Source: an uncultured Alphaproteobacteria bacterium
GTDB lineage: Bacteria; Pseudomonadota; Alphaproteobacteria; Rhizobiales; Xanthobacteraceae
Reading direction: 5' to 3'
Assembly (NCBI GenBank): GCA_963764445.1
Contig: CAVXSV010000004.1
Location: 133,534 to 197,533 of the forward strand
DNA length: 64,000 nucleotides
Made by a program: the position numbers and the translations under genes. Under the pieces are notes generated by a model. The model saw only the letters and a program-made list of their open reading frames with translations. It was not told where the DNA came from and made no database searches. This document shows positions 31,464 to 44,577 of this stretch, one piece after another; the first letter of the stretch is position 1, and each line of letters starts with the position of its first letter.

Positions 31464-32020
31464 CGCCATGGCAGGTCGGCGGCCTTGGTAATGCCGATGC
31501 GAACGCCCGGCTGACGACGTCAACTTCCTTCGTGCGCCGGTAAACCGCAATCGGCGGCGCATCGAGCGGCAGTCCGTTGTGCGCAATCGATATGCCCAGC
31601 GCCTCGCACAATTTGCCCGGCCCCGAACACAGCAGACGCTCGTCGTGCAGCCCGCGCCGCCGCCGCATCGCCGGAATGCCATGGGTCGGTTGCAGCGCGC
31701 GGATCAGAACCGCGGCGGCGGAGCCTTCCTCTTCGCAGACGAAATTGACGCACCAGTGGATGCCATAGGAGCGGTAGACATAGGCAAAGCCGGGCGGGCC
31801 GAACATCACCATGTTCCGCGGCGTCGGTCCCCGATAGGAATGCGCCGCCGGTTCGGTGTGGTGGTAGGCTTCGACCTCGACGATGACGCCGCCGACCCCA
31901 TCGACAAGCAGCGTCGCACCGATCAGTTCGGGCGCGATTTCAAGGACATTGCGAGCAAAGAACGAGCGCTTGAGCGGTTTGCCTATGGCGGGTGGAGTTG
32001 AACCGGGAGTTTGAAGCCAT
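31400..32020 (-). CDS. mpg: 3-methyladenine DNA glycosylase (indels at both ends; limits approximate)
   Basis: [35 protein letters not shown], and RIGITKA..PWRY in a second frame. Confidence 0.9.
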
Positions 32021-32154
32021 TTTGGGCGAGGAATCGATGCGCGGACGATACGGATTTGATCCGATATGTTACATGTTTGAGCGCGCCGGGCGAGGGCGGG
32101 TTGCGCGGCCTCGCGACACCGATTAGCTAAGGGCTCTCGTTCAACGGACATTCC

Positions 32155-33114
32155 ATGGTCGTCGTTCTCGATACCGTCTCTGCAAACCCCGTCCGGCCGC
32201 GCCATCCCGAAAAGGCGAACCGGCCTGACGCGCTATCGCCGCCGAAGCCGGACTGGATTCGCGTGCGTGCGCCGAATACGCGGGGCTATGCGGACACTCG
32301 CAGGATCGTCAAGGAGAATGGTCTCGTCACGGTGTGCGAGGAGGCGGGTTGCCCAAATATCGGCGAGTGCTGGGACAAGAAGCACGCCACGTTCATGATC
32401 ATGGGCGACACCTGCACCCGCGCCTGCGCTTTTTGCAACGTCAAGACCGGTTTACCCGGCGCGCTCGATGCCTCGGAGCCCGAATACGTGGCCGAGGCAA
32501 CGCGGAAGCTCGGTCTCGCACATATCGTTATCACCTCCGTCGATCGCGATGATCTCGCAGACGGTGGCGCCGAGCATTTCGCGCAGACCATTCGTGCGAT
32601 TCGAGAGCGCTGCCCGAGTACGACCATCGAAATCCTGACGCCGGATTTCTTGCGCAAGGACGGCGCGCTTGAAAAAGTCGTGGCGGCCAAGCCCGACGTG
32701 TTCAACCACAATCTCGAAACCGTGCCATCGCACTATCTGACGGTGCGCCCTGGCGCGCGCTATTTCCACTCGATTCGCCTGCTGCAGCGGGTGAAGGAAA
32801 TCAACCCGACGATCTTCACCAAATCCGGCATCATGGTCGGGCTTGGCGAGGAGCGGCACGAGGTTCTGCAGGTGATGGACGATCTGCGCTCGGCGGATGT
32901 GGATTTTCTCACGATCGGGCAGTATCTGCAGCCGACCCGCAAGCATCACGCCGTGATGCGCTACGTCACACCTGATGAGTTCTCGAGTTACGAGACCGTG
33001 GCTTATACCAAGGGATTCCTGATGGTGTCGGCCAGCCCGCTGACCCGCTCGTCGCATCATGCCGGCGAAGACTTTGCGAAGTTACAGGCCGCGCGCGCAA
33101 GATTGTCGCGTTAA
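32155..33114 (+). CDS. lipA: Lipoyl synthase
   Basis: [23 protein letters not shown] motifs. Confidence 0.98.
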   Translation: MVVVLDTVSANPVRPRHPEKANRPDALSPPKPDWIRVRAPNTRGYADTRRIVKENGLVTVCEEAGCPNIGECWDKKHATFMIMGDTCTRACAFCNVKTGLPGALDASEPEYVAEATRKLGLAHIVITSVDRDDLADGGAEHFAQTIRAIRERCPSTTIEILTPDFLRKDGALEKVVAAKPDVFNHNLETVPSHYLTVRPGARYFHSIRLLQRVKEINPTIFTKSGIMVGLGEERHEVLQVMDDLRSADVDFLTIGQYLQPTRKHHAVMRYVTPDEFSSYETVAYTKGFLMVSASPLTRSSHHAGEDFAKLQAARARLSR

Positions 33115-33124
33115 GCTGCACGGG

Positions 33125-33592
33125 ATGCCGACGTTCTCTAGCAAGCGCCGCGTGCAATACAGTTCGGACCAGATGTTCGATCTCGTAGCCGACGTCGAGC
33201 GCTATCCGGAGTTCGTGCCGTTATGCCATTCACTGAAAGTGCGGCAGCGCACGCCAGCGGCCGACGGCAAGGAAGTCGTAGTGGCCGATATGACCGTATC
33301 GTTCAAGTTGGTGCGGGAGACGTTTACGAGCAAGGTGACCCTAGACCGGCCAAACCTCAAAATCCTCGTCGAATATTTGCGCGGTCCGTTCAGTCATATG
33401 GAAAACCGCTGGACCTTTGAGCCGAAGTCGGATCAGGCCTGCGACGTTGGGTTTTTCATCACTTATGAGTTCAAGAGCCGGATGCTGGCGATGCTGATGG
33501 GCGCGATGTTTGACATTGCATTCCAGCGCTTCGCATCGGCCTTCGAAAAGCGCGCGGACGCCGTTTACGGTCCGCCGCGCACCGCGATCTAG
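33125..33592 (+). CDS. ratA: RatA/Coq10-family START domain protein
   Basis: MFDLVADVERYPEFVPLC, GPFSHMENRW, AFEKRA. Confidence 0.9.
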   Translation: MPTFSSKRRVQYSSDQMFDLVADVERYPEFVPLCHSLKVRQRTPAADGKEVVVADMTVSFKLVRETFTSKVTLDRPNLKILVEYLRGPFSHMENRWTFEPKSDQACDVGFFITYEFKSRMLAMLMGAMFDIAFQRFASAFEKRADAVYGPPRTAI

Positions 33593-33605
33593 CGCGCGGT
33601 CCGTC

Positions 33606-34232
33606 TCAGGTTTTCTTGGGAGAAGGTTTGATAGGACCTGTCGTCCCGCGCCGCTTGGCGGTACGACGCAACGGCGCTCGCGCCGCTCGCGGCCGCAGGC
33701 GGCTGACGCTCTCGCGTCGGATTTTTTCGGGCGGCTTCGGTCCTCGCGCCAGTTCCATCAGCATCCGCAGGGCTTCGACGACTGAACGTTGCCGCACCGA
33801 ACTGCGACCGATCGCACCGAAACGGCATTCGCGATGGATCAGGCGGCCGTCACGCGCGGCGACCGCGAAATGAACGAGACCCACAGGCTTGCCCGGCGTT
33901 GCGCCACCCGGGCCCGCGATCCCGGTGATGGCGACGGCGAGATCGGTGCCGGCGCGTTCCAGCGCGCCGACCGCCATCGCGATTGCGATCTCCTTGCTGA
34001 CCGCACCAAAACTGTCGAGCGTGCTGATCTTGACGCCCAGCATCGCGCGCTTGGCGTCGTTGGAATAGGTGACGAAACCGCGATCAATTACGTCTGAGGA
34101 GCCAGGAATGTCGGTGAGCGCGCCGGCGACCAATCCGCCGGTGCAGGATTCGGCCGTGGCGATGGTGAGCTTGCGCATCCGGCAAAGATCGAGCAGCGAA
34201 CGCGACAGAGCGCGGGTATCGCTGCCGCTCAT
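33606..34232 (-). CDS. cinA: CinA-family (NMN deamidase-like) protein
   Basis: [31 protein letters not shown]. Confidence 0.92.
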   Translation of the reverse strand: MSGSDTRALSRSLLDLCRMRKLTIATAESCTGGLVAGALTDIPGSSDVIDRGFVTYSNDAKRAMLGVKISTLDSFGAVSKEIAIAMAVGALERAGTDLAVAITGIAGPGGATPGKPVGLVHFAVAARDGRLIHRECRFGAIGRSSVRQRSVVEALRMLMELARGPKPPEKIRRESVSRLRPRAARAPLRRTAKRRGTTGPIKPSPKKT

Positions 34233-35432
34233 GTCAGGTGCTCCAACCCTTGTCGTTCCAGGGCAGGCGGATGGTCGCACTCGCCGTCGCCGCGATGCCT
34301 TCTTCGCGGCCGGTGAAATCCGAGCCGCTCGCTGGTCGTCGCCTTCACGGCAACGCGCGAGATCGCGACGCCGGTGATTTCGGCGATGCGCGCGCGCATC
34401 ACATCGCGCAGGGGTCCGATCTTGGGCCGCTCGCAGATCATGGTGACTTCGAGATTGGCGATGCGGCCACCGCGCGCCGCGACGCGGTCGACTGCGTATT
34501 TCAGGAACTTGTCGGAGGCCGCGCCCTTCCATTGCGGATCGCTCGGCGGGAAGTGCGAGCCTATGTCGCCGTCAGCCAGCGCGCCGAGGATGGCATCGAC
34601 CAGCGCATGCAGACCGACGTCGCCGTCGGAATGAGCCAGGAAGCCGCGATTGTGCGGCACTTTGACGCCGCACAGCATGACGATGATCGCCTTCGCCGAA
34701 GGCGTGGACGTCGTAGCCGGTGCCGGTCCTGACGTCGCCGAGCGATGCTGCGAGGCGGGCTTCCTCTCGCACGAAATCTTCCGGAGTTGTCAGTTTCATG
34801 TTGGCAGCATCGCCTTCAAATGTCGCAACCGTCAATCCCGCCCATTCAGCGAGTGCGGCATCATCGGTGAAATCATCGCGGCCGTCGCGCGCCGCACGGC
34901 GATGCGCATCGAGGATCACGTCGAAACGAAACGCCTGTGGTGTCTGCGCGATCCGCAGCTTGGCGCGATCCGGCGTCGCGATGACGGCGCCGGACGCATC
35001 GACCTGTTTGATGGTGTCGGTCACGGGAATCGCGGGTACCGCCGCGCCGGTTTTATTTGCGGCCTCGATCGCGCGCGCAATCAGCGCCGGCGTCACGAAT
35101 GGCCGAGCGGCATCGTGAATCAGCACAATGTCCGGCGCGTCCGCGGCGAGGGCCTCGAGGCCGGCGTGAACGGAGGCCTGGCGCGTGGCGCCACCATTCG
35201 CTGGGGGCTGATAGCGAAACCCGGCGACGGCGTGATTGAACATCGCAAGGTCGTCCGGATTGAGCACCGGCTGGACGGCGAAAATGTCGGGATGATTGCA
35301 GAACGCCTCCATGGTCCGCGAAATCACGGTCCGTCCGGCGATGGTCCGGTATTGCTTGGGACCACCGGCACCGGCGCGGAGCCCGCGACCTGCTGCAACA
35401 ATGATGGCGGCCGTTCGTTTTGATGTCGGCAT
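34229..35432 (-). CDS. ispDF: Bifunctional IspDF (indels near 34680 and 34318)
   Basis: AAGRGLR..PKQY, HDAARP, TDDA; GYDVH, HSDGDV, KATTSE. Confidence 0.95.
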
Positions 35433-35579
35433 TGGAATTGATGAGCGGTAAGTTGTTTGGAGGGAGGAATCCCGCTCGGCGTCTCTGCCCTTACCATGCC
35501 CGGGCAAAAAACAGCAGGTTCGCTGGCGGCGGACGGAGGGATTATTTGTGTTGCAGCGCACTTGCAAGGTATCGGAAAT

Positions 35580-35624
35580 TGGCTAAAGTGTGGGCAGCCA
35601 CGAAACTTGCCCAATAAATGAGCT
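35580..35624. promoter_or_regulatory. Two degenerate NtrC-type boxes in the dusB promoter
   Basis: TGGCTAAAGTGTGGGCA and TGCCCAATAAATGAGCT, 17-bp partial matches to TGC-N11-GCA. Confidence 0.35.
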
Positions 35625-35670
35625 GAGCATTTAGAAGCTTAGGGCTGCAAGGAAGCGGCATTTGGGGCCT

Positions 35671-36720
35671 ATGAGTACAATCCCGACGGGTCCAGCGTTA
35701 TCAGGTCGCAAGTCATTCACGGTTGGGGATATTCCGATCGCCAGCCGGGTTCTTCTGGCGCCGATGTCGGGGATCACCGACAGACCGTTTCGCGGTCTTG
35801 CCGAAGCACTGGGGGCGGGGCTCGTCGTTTCCGAAATGACCGCCAGCGACGACCTTGTTCGCGGACGGCCGATGTCCGTTCTCCGCTGCGAGGCCACGGG
35901 CGGCGGACCGCACGTCGTTCAGCTTGCCGGCTGCGAGACTCGCTGGATGGCAGAAGGCGCGCGGGTCGCAGAGGCCGCAGGCGCCGACATCATTGACATC
36001 AACATGGGTTGTCCCGCTCGCCACGTCACAGGCGGCCAGTCAGGTTCGGCGCTGATGCGCGACCTCGACCATGCCCTGCGGCTGATCGAGGCGACAGTCG
36101 GTGCGGTGAAAGTACCGGTCACTCTCAAGATGCGGCTCGGATGGGATGATCGCTCGCTCAATGCGCCAGAAGCTCGCGCAGCGCGCCGAATCCGCCGGCG
36201 TGCAGATGATTACCGTTCACGGCCGGACCCGTTGCCAGTTCTACAAGGGCAGCGCCGACTGGCAGGCGGTGCGAGCGGTCAAGGACGCCGTCGATATTCC
36301 CGTTGTCGTCAATGGCGACATCACGTCGTTCGATGCGGCCGTCACTGCGCTTGATAAATCAGGCGCCGATGCCGTCATGGTGGGACGCGGCGCGCAGGGC
36401 CAGCCCTGGATGGCCGGGTCAGATCGGACGCCAGCTCGAAACGGGGATCGCGGAACCGCCTCCGTCGCTCGCAGACCAGTTGACGTACATTCGCGCGCTC
36501 TATGACGACCTGCTTCAGGCATTACGGCCTGCGCATCGGACTTCGTCATGCGCGAAAACATCTTGGCTGGACGCTCGAGGTCGCGGCGGCGGTCGGCGGC
36601 GTACCGACGTCGGTCCTCAAGACGTGGCGGGGAAAAATTCTGACGGCTGACGACCCGGCCAGTGTGCAGCGGTCTTTGGTGGACGCGTTCGACGATTTTG
36701 CGTGGAGTACCGCAGCATGA
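35671..36720 (+). CDS. dusB: tRNA-dihydrouridine synthase B / NifR3 (several indels)
   Basis: [31 protein letters not shown] across frames; upstream of ntrB. Confidence 0.93.
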
Positions 36721-37891
36721 CGCCGCTCGCGGAGCGCGCACGTATCGCGTCCTCCGACGACGAGGCCATTCTCAACGCGCTGCCGAACCCGGTGCTGCTG
36801 GTCAGTCCCGACGGCAGGATCATCGACGCCAACATGGCGGCGGAATCCTTCTTCGAAATGTCGACGCAGTTTCTGCAGCGGCAGCCGCTGAAGGAGGTCA
36901 TCCCGTTCGGTAGTCCCTGCTGACGCTGATCGATCAGGTTCGCGACAGCGGCTCGCCCGTGAACGAATTCAAGGTCGATCTCGGTACGCCACGGATCGGC
37001 CGGGATCGTCAGGTCGACTTGCACGTCGCGCCTCTGACGGAACGGCCAGGCCATGTCGTTGTGATGATTCAGGAGCGCACCATCGCCGACAAGATGGATC
37101 GGCAGTTGACCCATCGCAGCGCAGCACGCTCGGTAATCGCGCTCGCGGCCATGCTCGCGCACGAGATCAAAAATCCGCTGTCCGGCATCCGCGGCGCGGC
37201 CCAGCTTCTCGAGCAGGGGGCTTCGTCGGAAGACCGGATGCTGACCCAGTTGATTTGCGACGAAGCCGACCGCATCGTCACGCTGGTGGATCGCATGGAG
37301 GTATTTGGCGACGAACGCCCGGTGGCGCGCGGTCCCGTCAACATTCACTCGGTGCTCGATCATGTCAAACGGCTCGCGCAGTCCGGCTTCGCGCGAAAAG
37401 TCAAATTCATCGAAGATTACGATCCGTCCCTGCCGCCGGTGTTCGCCAATCAGGACCAACTCATCCAGGTCTTCCTGAATCTGGTCAAGAACGCTGCGGA
37501 AGCGGTGGCCGACCTCGCGAGCGAAGGTGAAATTCAGTTGACGACCGCGTTCCGTCCCGGCGTGCGCCTGTCGGTGCCCGGCAAGAAAACGCGGGTGTCA
37601 CTGCCGCTGGAATTTTGCGTCAAGGACAACGGTCCTGGTGTTCCGGAGGACCTGCTGCCGAACCTGTTCGATCCGTTCGTGACCACGAAGCAAACCGGAA
37701 GCGGGCTCGGCCTCGCACTGGTCGCCAAAATCGTCGGCGACCACGGCGGGATCGTCGAGTGTGAGTCGCAGCCGCGCAAGACCACCTTCCGTATTCTCCT
37801 TCCGATGTTCAGCACCGATACAAAACGCCAGCTAAGCAATGACGCCGTCGTGCCGGGGATGCCGTCACACGCCTCACGCGATTCAGGATGA
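36717..37891 (+). CDS. ntrB: Nitrogen regulation sensor kinase NtrB (indel near 36915)
   Basis: PAS domain, [24 protein letters not shown]. Confidence 0.95.
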
Positions 37892-37897
37892 GGAAAT

Positions 37898-39337
37898 ATG
37901 CCCGCAGCCAACATACTTGTCGCCGACGATGACGCGGCCATCCGAACGGTTCTCAATCAGGCGCTGTCGCGCGCCGGTTATGAAGTTCGACTGACCGGCA
38001 ATGCGGCGACGCTTTGGCGATGGGTCAGCCAGGGCGAAGGAGATATCGTCATCACCGACGTCGTGATGCCGGACGAGAACGCTTTCGATCTGCTGCCGCG
38101 CATCAAGAAGATGCGGCCAAACCTGCCGGTCATTATCATGAGTGCGCAGAACACGTTCATGACGGCGATCCGGGCCTCCGAACGCGGCGCATATGAATAC
38201 CTGCCAAAACCTTTCGATCTCAAGGAACTGATCGCAATCGTCGGCCGTGCGCTGGCCGAGCCGAAAGAGCGTGCAGCGCGCGGCGACGAAAACGAATTCG
38301 ATTCCATTCCGCTGGTCGGCCGCTCGCCGGCGATGCAGGAAATCTATCGCGTGCTGGCGCGTCTGATGCAGACCGACCTCACCGTGATGATCTCCGGCGA
38401 GTCCGGCACGGGCAAGGAACTGGTCGCGCGCGCACTTCATGACTACGGCAAGCGGCGCAACGGTCCGTTCGTCGCCGTCAACATGGCGGCGATCCCGCGC
38501 GATCTTATCGAGTCGGAGTTATTCGGCCACGAGCGCGGCGCCTTCACGGGCGCCAATGCCCGCGCCTCCGGCCGTTTCGAGCAGGCCGAAGGCGGGACGC
38601 TGTTCCTTGACGAAATCGGCGACATGCCGATGGAGGCACAGACGCGCCTGCTGCGCGTGCTTCAGCAGGGTGAATATACTACCGTCGGCGGGCGGACCGC
38701 GATCAAGACGGATGTCCGGATCGTCGCAGCGAGCAACAAGGATCTCCGCGTCCTGATCCAGCAGGGGCTGTTTCGAGAGGACCTGTTCTTCCGTCTCAAC
38801 GTGGTTCCGCTTCGGCTGCCGCCGCTGCGCGAACGCATCGAGGATTTGCCCGATTTGATCAGGCATTTCTTCGCATTGGCCGAAAAGGACGGGCTACCGC
38901 CCAAGAAGCTCGATGCGCTTGCGCTCGAGCGCTTGAAGCAACACCGCTGGCCCGGCAACGTCCGCGAACTGGAAAATCTGGCACGCAGGCTCGCGGCTCT
39001 CTACCCGCAGGACATGATCACCGGCTCGGTGATCGATGGCGAACTTGCACCTCCTGCGATTGTCTCCGGTGGTAGCGGACGTCAAAACCTCGATAATCTT
39101 GGCGGCGCCGTCGAGATGTATCTGTCGTCGCACTTCTCAGGTTTTCCGAACGGCCTCCCTCCGCCAGGGCTCTACCACCGCGTTCTCAGGGAAATCGAGG
39201 TGCCGCTCCTGACTGCGGCGCTGGCCGCGACCCGCGGCAACCAGATTCGGGCGGCCGATCTTTTAGGTCTAAACCGCAACACACTGCGCAAGAAGATCCG
39301 CGATCTGGATATCCAGGTCTATCGGACTGGAGGATAG
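37898..39337 (+). CDS. ntrC: Nitrogen regulation response regulator NtrC
   Basis: Receiver, [15 protein letters not shown]-terminal [14 protein letters not shown]. Confidence 0.98.
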   Translation: MPAANILVADDDAAIRTVLNQALSRAGYEVRLTGNAATLWRWVSQGEGDIVITDVVMPDENAFDLLPRIKKMRPNLPVIIMSAQNTFMTAIRASERGAYEYLPKPFDLKELIAIVGRALAEPKERAARGDENEFDSIPLVGRSPAMQEIYRVLARLMQTDLTVMISGESGTGKELVARALHDYGKRRNGPFVAVNMAAIPRDLIESELFGHERGAFTGANARASGRFEQAEGGTLFLDEIGDMPMEAQTRLLRVLQQGEYTTVGGRTAIKTDVRIVAASNKDLRVLIQQGLFREDLFFRLNVVPLRLPPLRERIEDLPDLIRHFFALAEKDGLPPKKLDALALERLKQHRWPGNVRELENLARRLAALYPQDMITGSVIDGELAPPAIVSGGSGRQNLDNLGGAVEMYLSSHFSGFPNGLPPPGLYHRVLREIEVPLLTAALAATRGNQIRAADLLGLNRNTLRKKIRDLDIQVYRTGG

Positions 39338-39538
39338 GCGCGGTGAACTCGGGTTAGGTTGGAACTTCGAACGATTTCCACACAGAATTGATGATTCGAG
39401 CGTTGTCTAGTCATGCCGCGCTGTGGCACACGCCGCGGAAATGTCGTAATCAAGCAACATTGTTGTAGGAATGCATCAGTCCGCCGTCGGCGTTGACCGA
39501 TAGTCAGCGGGCCTCAAACATTCAAACCGTTTTCCTGG

Positions 39539-41846
39539 ATGACTAGCGCAGACACGCCGGCTTCATCATACGATGCGTCATTCGCCGAGCCGCGCGGCTG
39601 GACTTTGCGCCGGCTGCTGGCGCCGGTCGCGATCGGCCTCGCGCTGCTGTCGGCGTTCCTGACCTTCGTGGTCCTGGTCGGCCTCACGCCGATCGAGCCG
39701 ACCCATCGGGTCGTCATCACATTCCTGCTGATCGACGCCGGCGCAATCCTTTTGCTCGTCGGCATTATCGCCCGCGAGGTCTGGCGGCTGGTTCAGGCCC
39801 GTCGGCGCGGTCGCGCCGCGGCGAAGCTGCATGTCCAGGTCGTTGGCCTGTTCTCAGTGATCGCGGTGCTGCCGGCGGTTCTGGTCTCGATCGTGGCCAA
39901 CGTCACCATCGATCGCGGCCTCGACCGCCTGTTCTCGGGTCCGACCAAGGAGGTCATCCAAAACTCGCTGATCGTCGCCAACGCCTACGTGCGCGAGCAC
40001 GCCCAGCTCATTCGTGGCGATATCCTTGGCATGGCCAACGACATTTCCAACGCGCGGCCGCTGTATGATCAGGACCGCGGAACGTTCCGCCAACTCCTCA
40101 CCTCGAGCGCGAAGGCCCGCAACCTGCCGGGCGCGATGCTGATCGACAAGGAAGGTCATCTGCTTGAATCGGCGCAAACCGGCATCGAGCGAGCCTACGA
40201 TACACCGAACCCGGACATTCTCAAGAATGTGAACGAGGACGACCCGCTGATCGCGGTGATTCCGGAAGCGAACTATGTCGCCGCCGTCCTTCGCCTGCGC
40301 ACATTCCAGGACACCTTTCTTTACGTCGCAGAGACTCCTCGATCCACATGTCGTCGCGCAACTGAAACAGACCGAGGCGAGCGTTGCCGTATACGCCACT
40401 ATCGAGGCCCGGCGTCTCGGCATTCAGGTGGCGTTCGCGCTGATGTTTGCCGTGATTGCGCTGACCATCCTGATGGCATCGGTACTGCTGGCCCTGAACT
40501 TCGCCGACCGGTTCGTCGCACCCGTCCGTCGCTTGATGAACGCAGCCAACCTCGTGTCCACCGGCGACCTGAACGTTCAGGTGCCCGTCCTGAAGTCCGA
40601 AGGAGATCTTGCCCAGCTCGGCGAAACCTTCAACAAGATGACGGCCGAATTGCGCGCGCAACGCGATGAGCTCGTGAATGCGAGCGGCCTGATCGATAGC
40701 CGGCGCCGCTTCATCGAAGCCGTGCTGTCATCGGCGAGCGCCGGCATCATTGGTGTCGATGGCGCCAACACAATCGGCATCCTCAACCGGTCGGCGGAGA
40801 AACTGATCGGTCATTCCGAATCGGAAACGCTGGGACATCCGCTGTCCGAAGTGATTCCGGAGTTGAATGATCTCATGCGGACGGCGAGGGAAGGGACGCA
40901 GCGGCTTGTGCAGAGTCAGATCACTATCATTCGGGACGGCAATGAGCGCAATATCTCGGTGCGCGTCAGCGCGGAGCAGACCAGTCAATCGCGCGACAGC
41001 TACATCGTCACGCTGGACGATATCACCGAGCTTGTGACGGCACAGCGCACGTCGGCCTGGGGCGATGTAGCTCGACGGATCGCGCATGAGATCAAAAATC
41101 CGTTGACGCCAATCCAACTTTCGGCCGAGCGCATTCGCCGCAAATTCGGCAAGGTGATTACTGAAGACAAAACAATCTTCGAGCAGTGCACCGATACGAT
41201 CGTGCGTCAGGTCGAGGATATCAGGCGGATGGTCGATGAATTTTCGCGGTTTGCGCGAATGCCGAAACCGGTGATGGAAGGAGAGGAGGTCGCCGATACG
41301 ATCCGCCAGGCGGTGTTCCTCATGCGTGTCGGACATCCCGAGATCGATATCGATACCGACATCAGGCACGAACCGATGCATGCCCAGTTCGACCGGCGGC
41401 TGATCTCGCAGGCTCTGACCAATATCATCAAGAACGCGACCGAAGCCATCGAAGCTGTGCCGCCGGAGACGCGCGGAAAAGGCAGGATCGATGTCATCGC
41501 GGCGCGGGAAGACGACGACATTGTCATCGACGTGATCGACAACGGCATTGGCCTGCCGAAGGTCGCAAGAGCGCGGCTGCTTGAGCCCTACGTGACGACT
41601 CGCGAAAAAGGCACCGGCCTCGGTCTGGCGATTGTGGGGCGTGTGCTGGAAGACCACGGTGGAAAGCTCGAACTCAACGACGCTTCCGCCATAAGACCGG
41701 GCGCGCGGGGAGCCTGGATGCGGTTGCGGTTTGCCGTGTCCGGTCGTGCGCCGAATGCTGAAACCAATGGCGGTGATGTCGCGACTAATGACGATACCTT
41801 GACCAGCAATGAAACGAAGACCGAAGTTGCAACCGGCGGCAACTGA
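39539..41846 (+). CDS. ntrY: Sensor kinase NtrY (indel near 40330)
   Basis: TM segments, [28 protein letters not shown]. Confidence 0.95.
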
Positions 41847-41863
41847 CCAGGCGGATTCAACCT

Positions 41864-43233
41864 ATGGCACATGACATTCTCATAGTAGACGACGAGGCTG
41901 ATATTCGCGACCTCGTTGCAGGCATCCTCGAAGACGAGGGTTTCACGACCCGGACCGCACGCGACAGCGATCAAGCGCTTGCGGAGGTTTCAAGCCGCCG
42001 GCCGCACATGGTGTTCCTCGATATCTGGCTGCAAGGCAGCAAGCTCGACGGGCTGCAACTGCTCGAGAAGATCAAGCAGGACAGCCCCGATATGCCGGTC
42101 GTCATGATTTCCGGGCACGGTAACATCGAAACGGCCGTCGCGGCGATCAAGCGCGGCGCCTATGACTTCATTGAAAAGCCTTTCAAGTCCGATCGTCTGA
42201 TTCTGGTGGCGACGCGCGCGCTCGAAACGTCGCGTCTCAAGCGCGAGGTCAAGGAACTGAAGCAGCTTGCGCCGGCGGCAGGTTCGCTGGTTGGCCGCTC
42301 CCCGTGCATGAACCAGCTTCGGCAGACCATCGAGCGCGCGGCGAAGGCCAACAGCCGCATCATGATCGTCGGTCCGTCCGGCTCCGGCAAGGAACTGGCC
42401 GCGCGAACGCTTCACACCCAGTCGGGGCGTTCGGAGGGACCGTTTGTCGTCATCAACGCCGCTGCAATTACGCCGGAACGAATGGAGTTCGAGCTGTTCG
42501 GTGTCGAGCAGATCGACGGTCAGCAGCCGCGCAAGGCCGGGGCGCTGGAAGAGGCACACGGCGGCACGCTATTCATCGACGAGATCGGCGACATGCCGCG
42601 CGAGACTCAGAACAAGATCATGCGCGTCCTGGTCGACCAGACCTTTCAGCGCTCCGGCGGCGCGGCCAAGATCAATGTCGACGTGCGCATCATTTCGTCG
42701 ACCGCGCGCAACCTGGAGGAGGAGATCGCCGCGGGCCGTTTCCGCGAGGATCTCTACCATCGGTTGTCGGTCGTGCCGATCGGGTTCCGCCGCTCTCCGA
42801 ACGCCGGGAGGATATTCCCGAACTGATCGGATTTTTCATGGACCAGATCTCTGTCGCGAGCGGGCTGCCCAAGCGCAAGATTGGTGACGATGCGATGGCC
42901 GTACTGCAATCGCACGTCTGGCCTGGCAATGTCCGGCAGCTCCGTAACAACGTCGAGCGCGTGATGATCCTGGCCGGCGGCGGTCCGGAGGTGATTATCA
43001 CCGCTGACATGCTGCCGCAGGATGTCGGCTCGATGGTTCCGGCGATGCCGACCGGCGTCAATGGCGAGCACATCATGGGCCTGCCGCTGCGCGAGGCCCG
43101 AGAAGTCTTCGAGCGCGATTATCTGATCGCCCAGATCAGCCGCTTCTCCAACAACATTTCACGCACGGCGGAATTCGTCGGCATGGAGCGTTCGGCGCTG
43201 CATCGCAAACTCAAGGCGCTCGGCGTTAGTTGA
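41864..43233 (+). CDS. ntrX: Response regulator NtrX (indel near 42782)
   Basis: LDIWLQGS receiver, AAA+ without GAFTGA, GMERSALHRKLK. Confidence 0.95.
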
Positions 43234-43259
43234 AGCACAGCGGAAGTCGGAATCGCCAG

Positions 43260-44118
43260 ATGTCGCGGATTGCTTACGTCAATGGCCAATATCGCGACAT
43301 GCGCGACGCCAGCGTCAACGTCGAGGATCGCGGCTATCAATTTGCGGACGGCGTTTATGAGGTCTGCGAAGTGCGCGGCGGAAGAATGGTGGATTTTCCC
43401 AGGCACATGGCGCGATTGCAGCGATCGCTGCGCGAACTGCGGATTTCCGAGCCGATGCCACTCTCGGCGTTAGGCGTCGTCATGCACGAGGTGGCGAGGC
43501 GTAATCGTGTGACATATGGGCTGGTCTATTTGCAGGTGACCCGCGGCGTGGCGCGGCGCGATCATGCATTTCCGCTAAATCCCGTGAAGCCGAGCGTCGT
43601 CGTTACGGCTCGCGCGCTCAATTACGAGAAAAACCAGCAAACGGCCGCCACCGGCATCAAGGTCATCACCGTGCCTGAAAATCGCTGGTCACGGGTAGAT
43701 ATCAAGTCGGTGTCGCTGCTGCCCAACGTTCTGGCAAAGCAGGAAGCGCGTGAGAAGGGGGCTTATGAGGCCTGGTACGTCGGGAGCGACGGCTTTGTCA
43801 CCGAGGGTGCCTCGAGCACCGCCTGGATCGTGACGAAAGACGGCCGCGTCGTCACGCGCTCGGCCGACCACGGTATTCTTGCCGGCATCACCCGCGCCGT
43901 TCTCATGGAGGTAATGCAGGCCCTTCAAATCAGGCTGGAGGAACGTCCGTTCACGCCGGCGGAAGCACACGAGGCTGCGGAGGCTTTCGTAACCTCGGCG
44001 TCCCAGATCGTCATGCCCGTTGTCGCGATCGACGGCCAGACGGTCGGGAAATGGGCAACCCGGCGGTATTGCCCGGCGGCTGCGGGAAGAATTTCACCGC
44101 TTTTCAGCGTTTTCCTGA
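43260..44118 (+). CDS. dat: D-amino acid aminotransferase (indel near 44048)
   Basis: DRGYQFADGVYE, DIKSVSLL, TEG, ILAGITR. Confidence 0.92.
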
Positions 44119-44305
44119 CGGTTTTTGCGTATCTAGGCGAACCTGCGGCCCGAACTGGCTTGCCTAACACCAAGCTCTGGCCTCTAATTAATGCGCCGGG
44201 TCCATGAGGGGGGATCTCAGAGGGCGCCGGCTGCCAGGAAACACTCCGCGGAGAGTTGTGTCTGGTGCGACAAAAAACGCAAAGCCAAACTGCGGGATAA
44301 CAACA

Positions 44306-44554
44306 ATGGCGACAGACCGCGCACAAAACCTACAAGACACCTTCCTCAATCACGTTCGAAAAACCAAGACGCCACTGACAATCTTTCTGGTGAACGGTGT
44401 CAAACTGCAGGGAATTGTCACCTGGTTCGACAATTTCTGCCTGCTGCTGCGGCGCGACGGTCATTCGCAGCTTGTTTACAAACATGCGATTTCGACCATC
44501 ATGCCGGGTGCCCCGATCCAGTTGTTCGAAGGCGGCGAGGACGCTCCCCTTTGA
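44306..44554 (+). CDS. hfq: RNA chaperone Hfq
   Basis: [25 protein letters not shown]. Confidence 0.99.
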   Translation: MATDRAQNLQDTFLNHVRKTKTPLTIFLVNGVKLQGIVTWFDNFCLLLRRDGHSQLVYKHAISTIMPGAPIQLFEGGEDAPL

Positions 44555-44577
44555 GCACGTATTTGAAAGTTTCCTGA

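Noticed and set aside
33125-33592. Toxin-antitoxin module from RatA
   Set aside because: No partner gene; conserved lipA-adjacent Coq10-like protein.
33606-34532. Long N-terminal extension on CinA
   Set aside because: Upstream part is an alternative frame of ispDF; the real start is the ATG at 34232.
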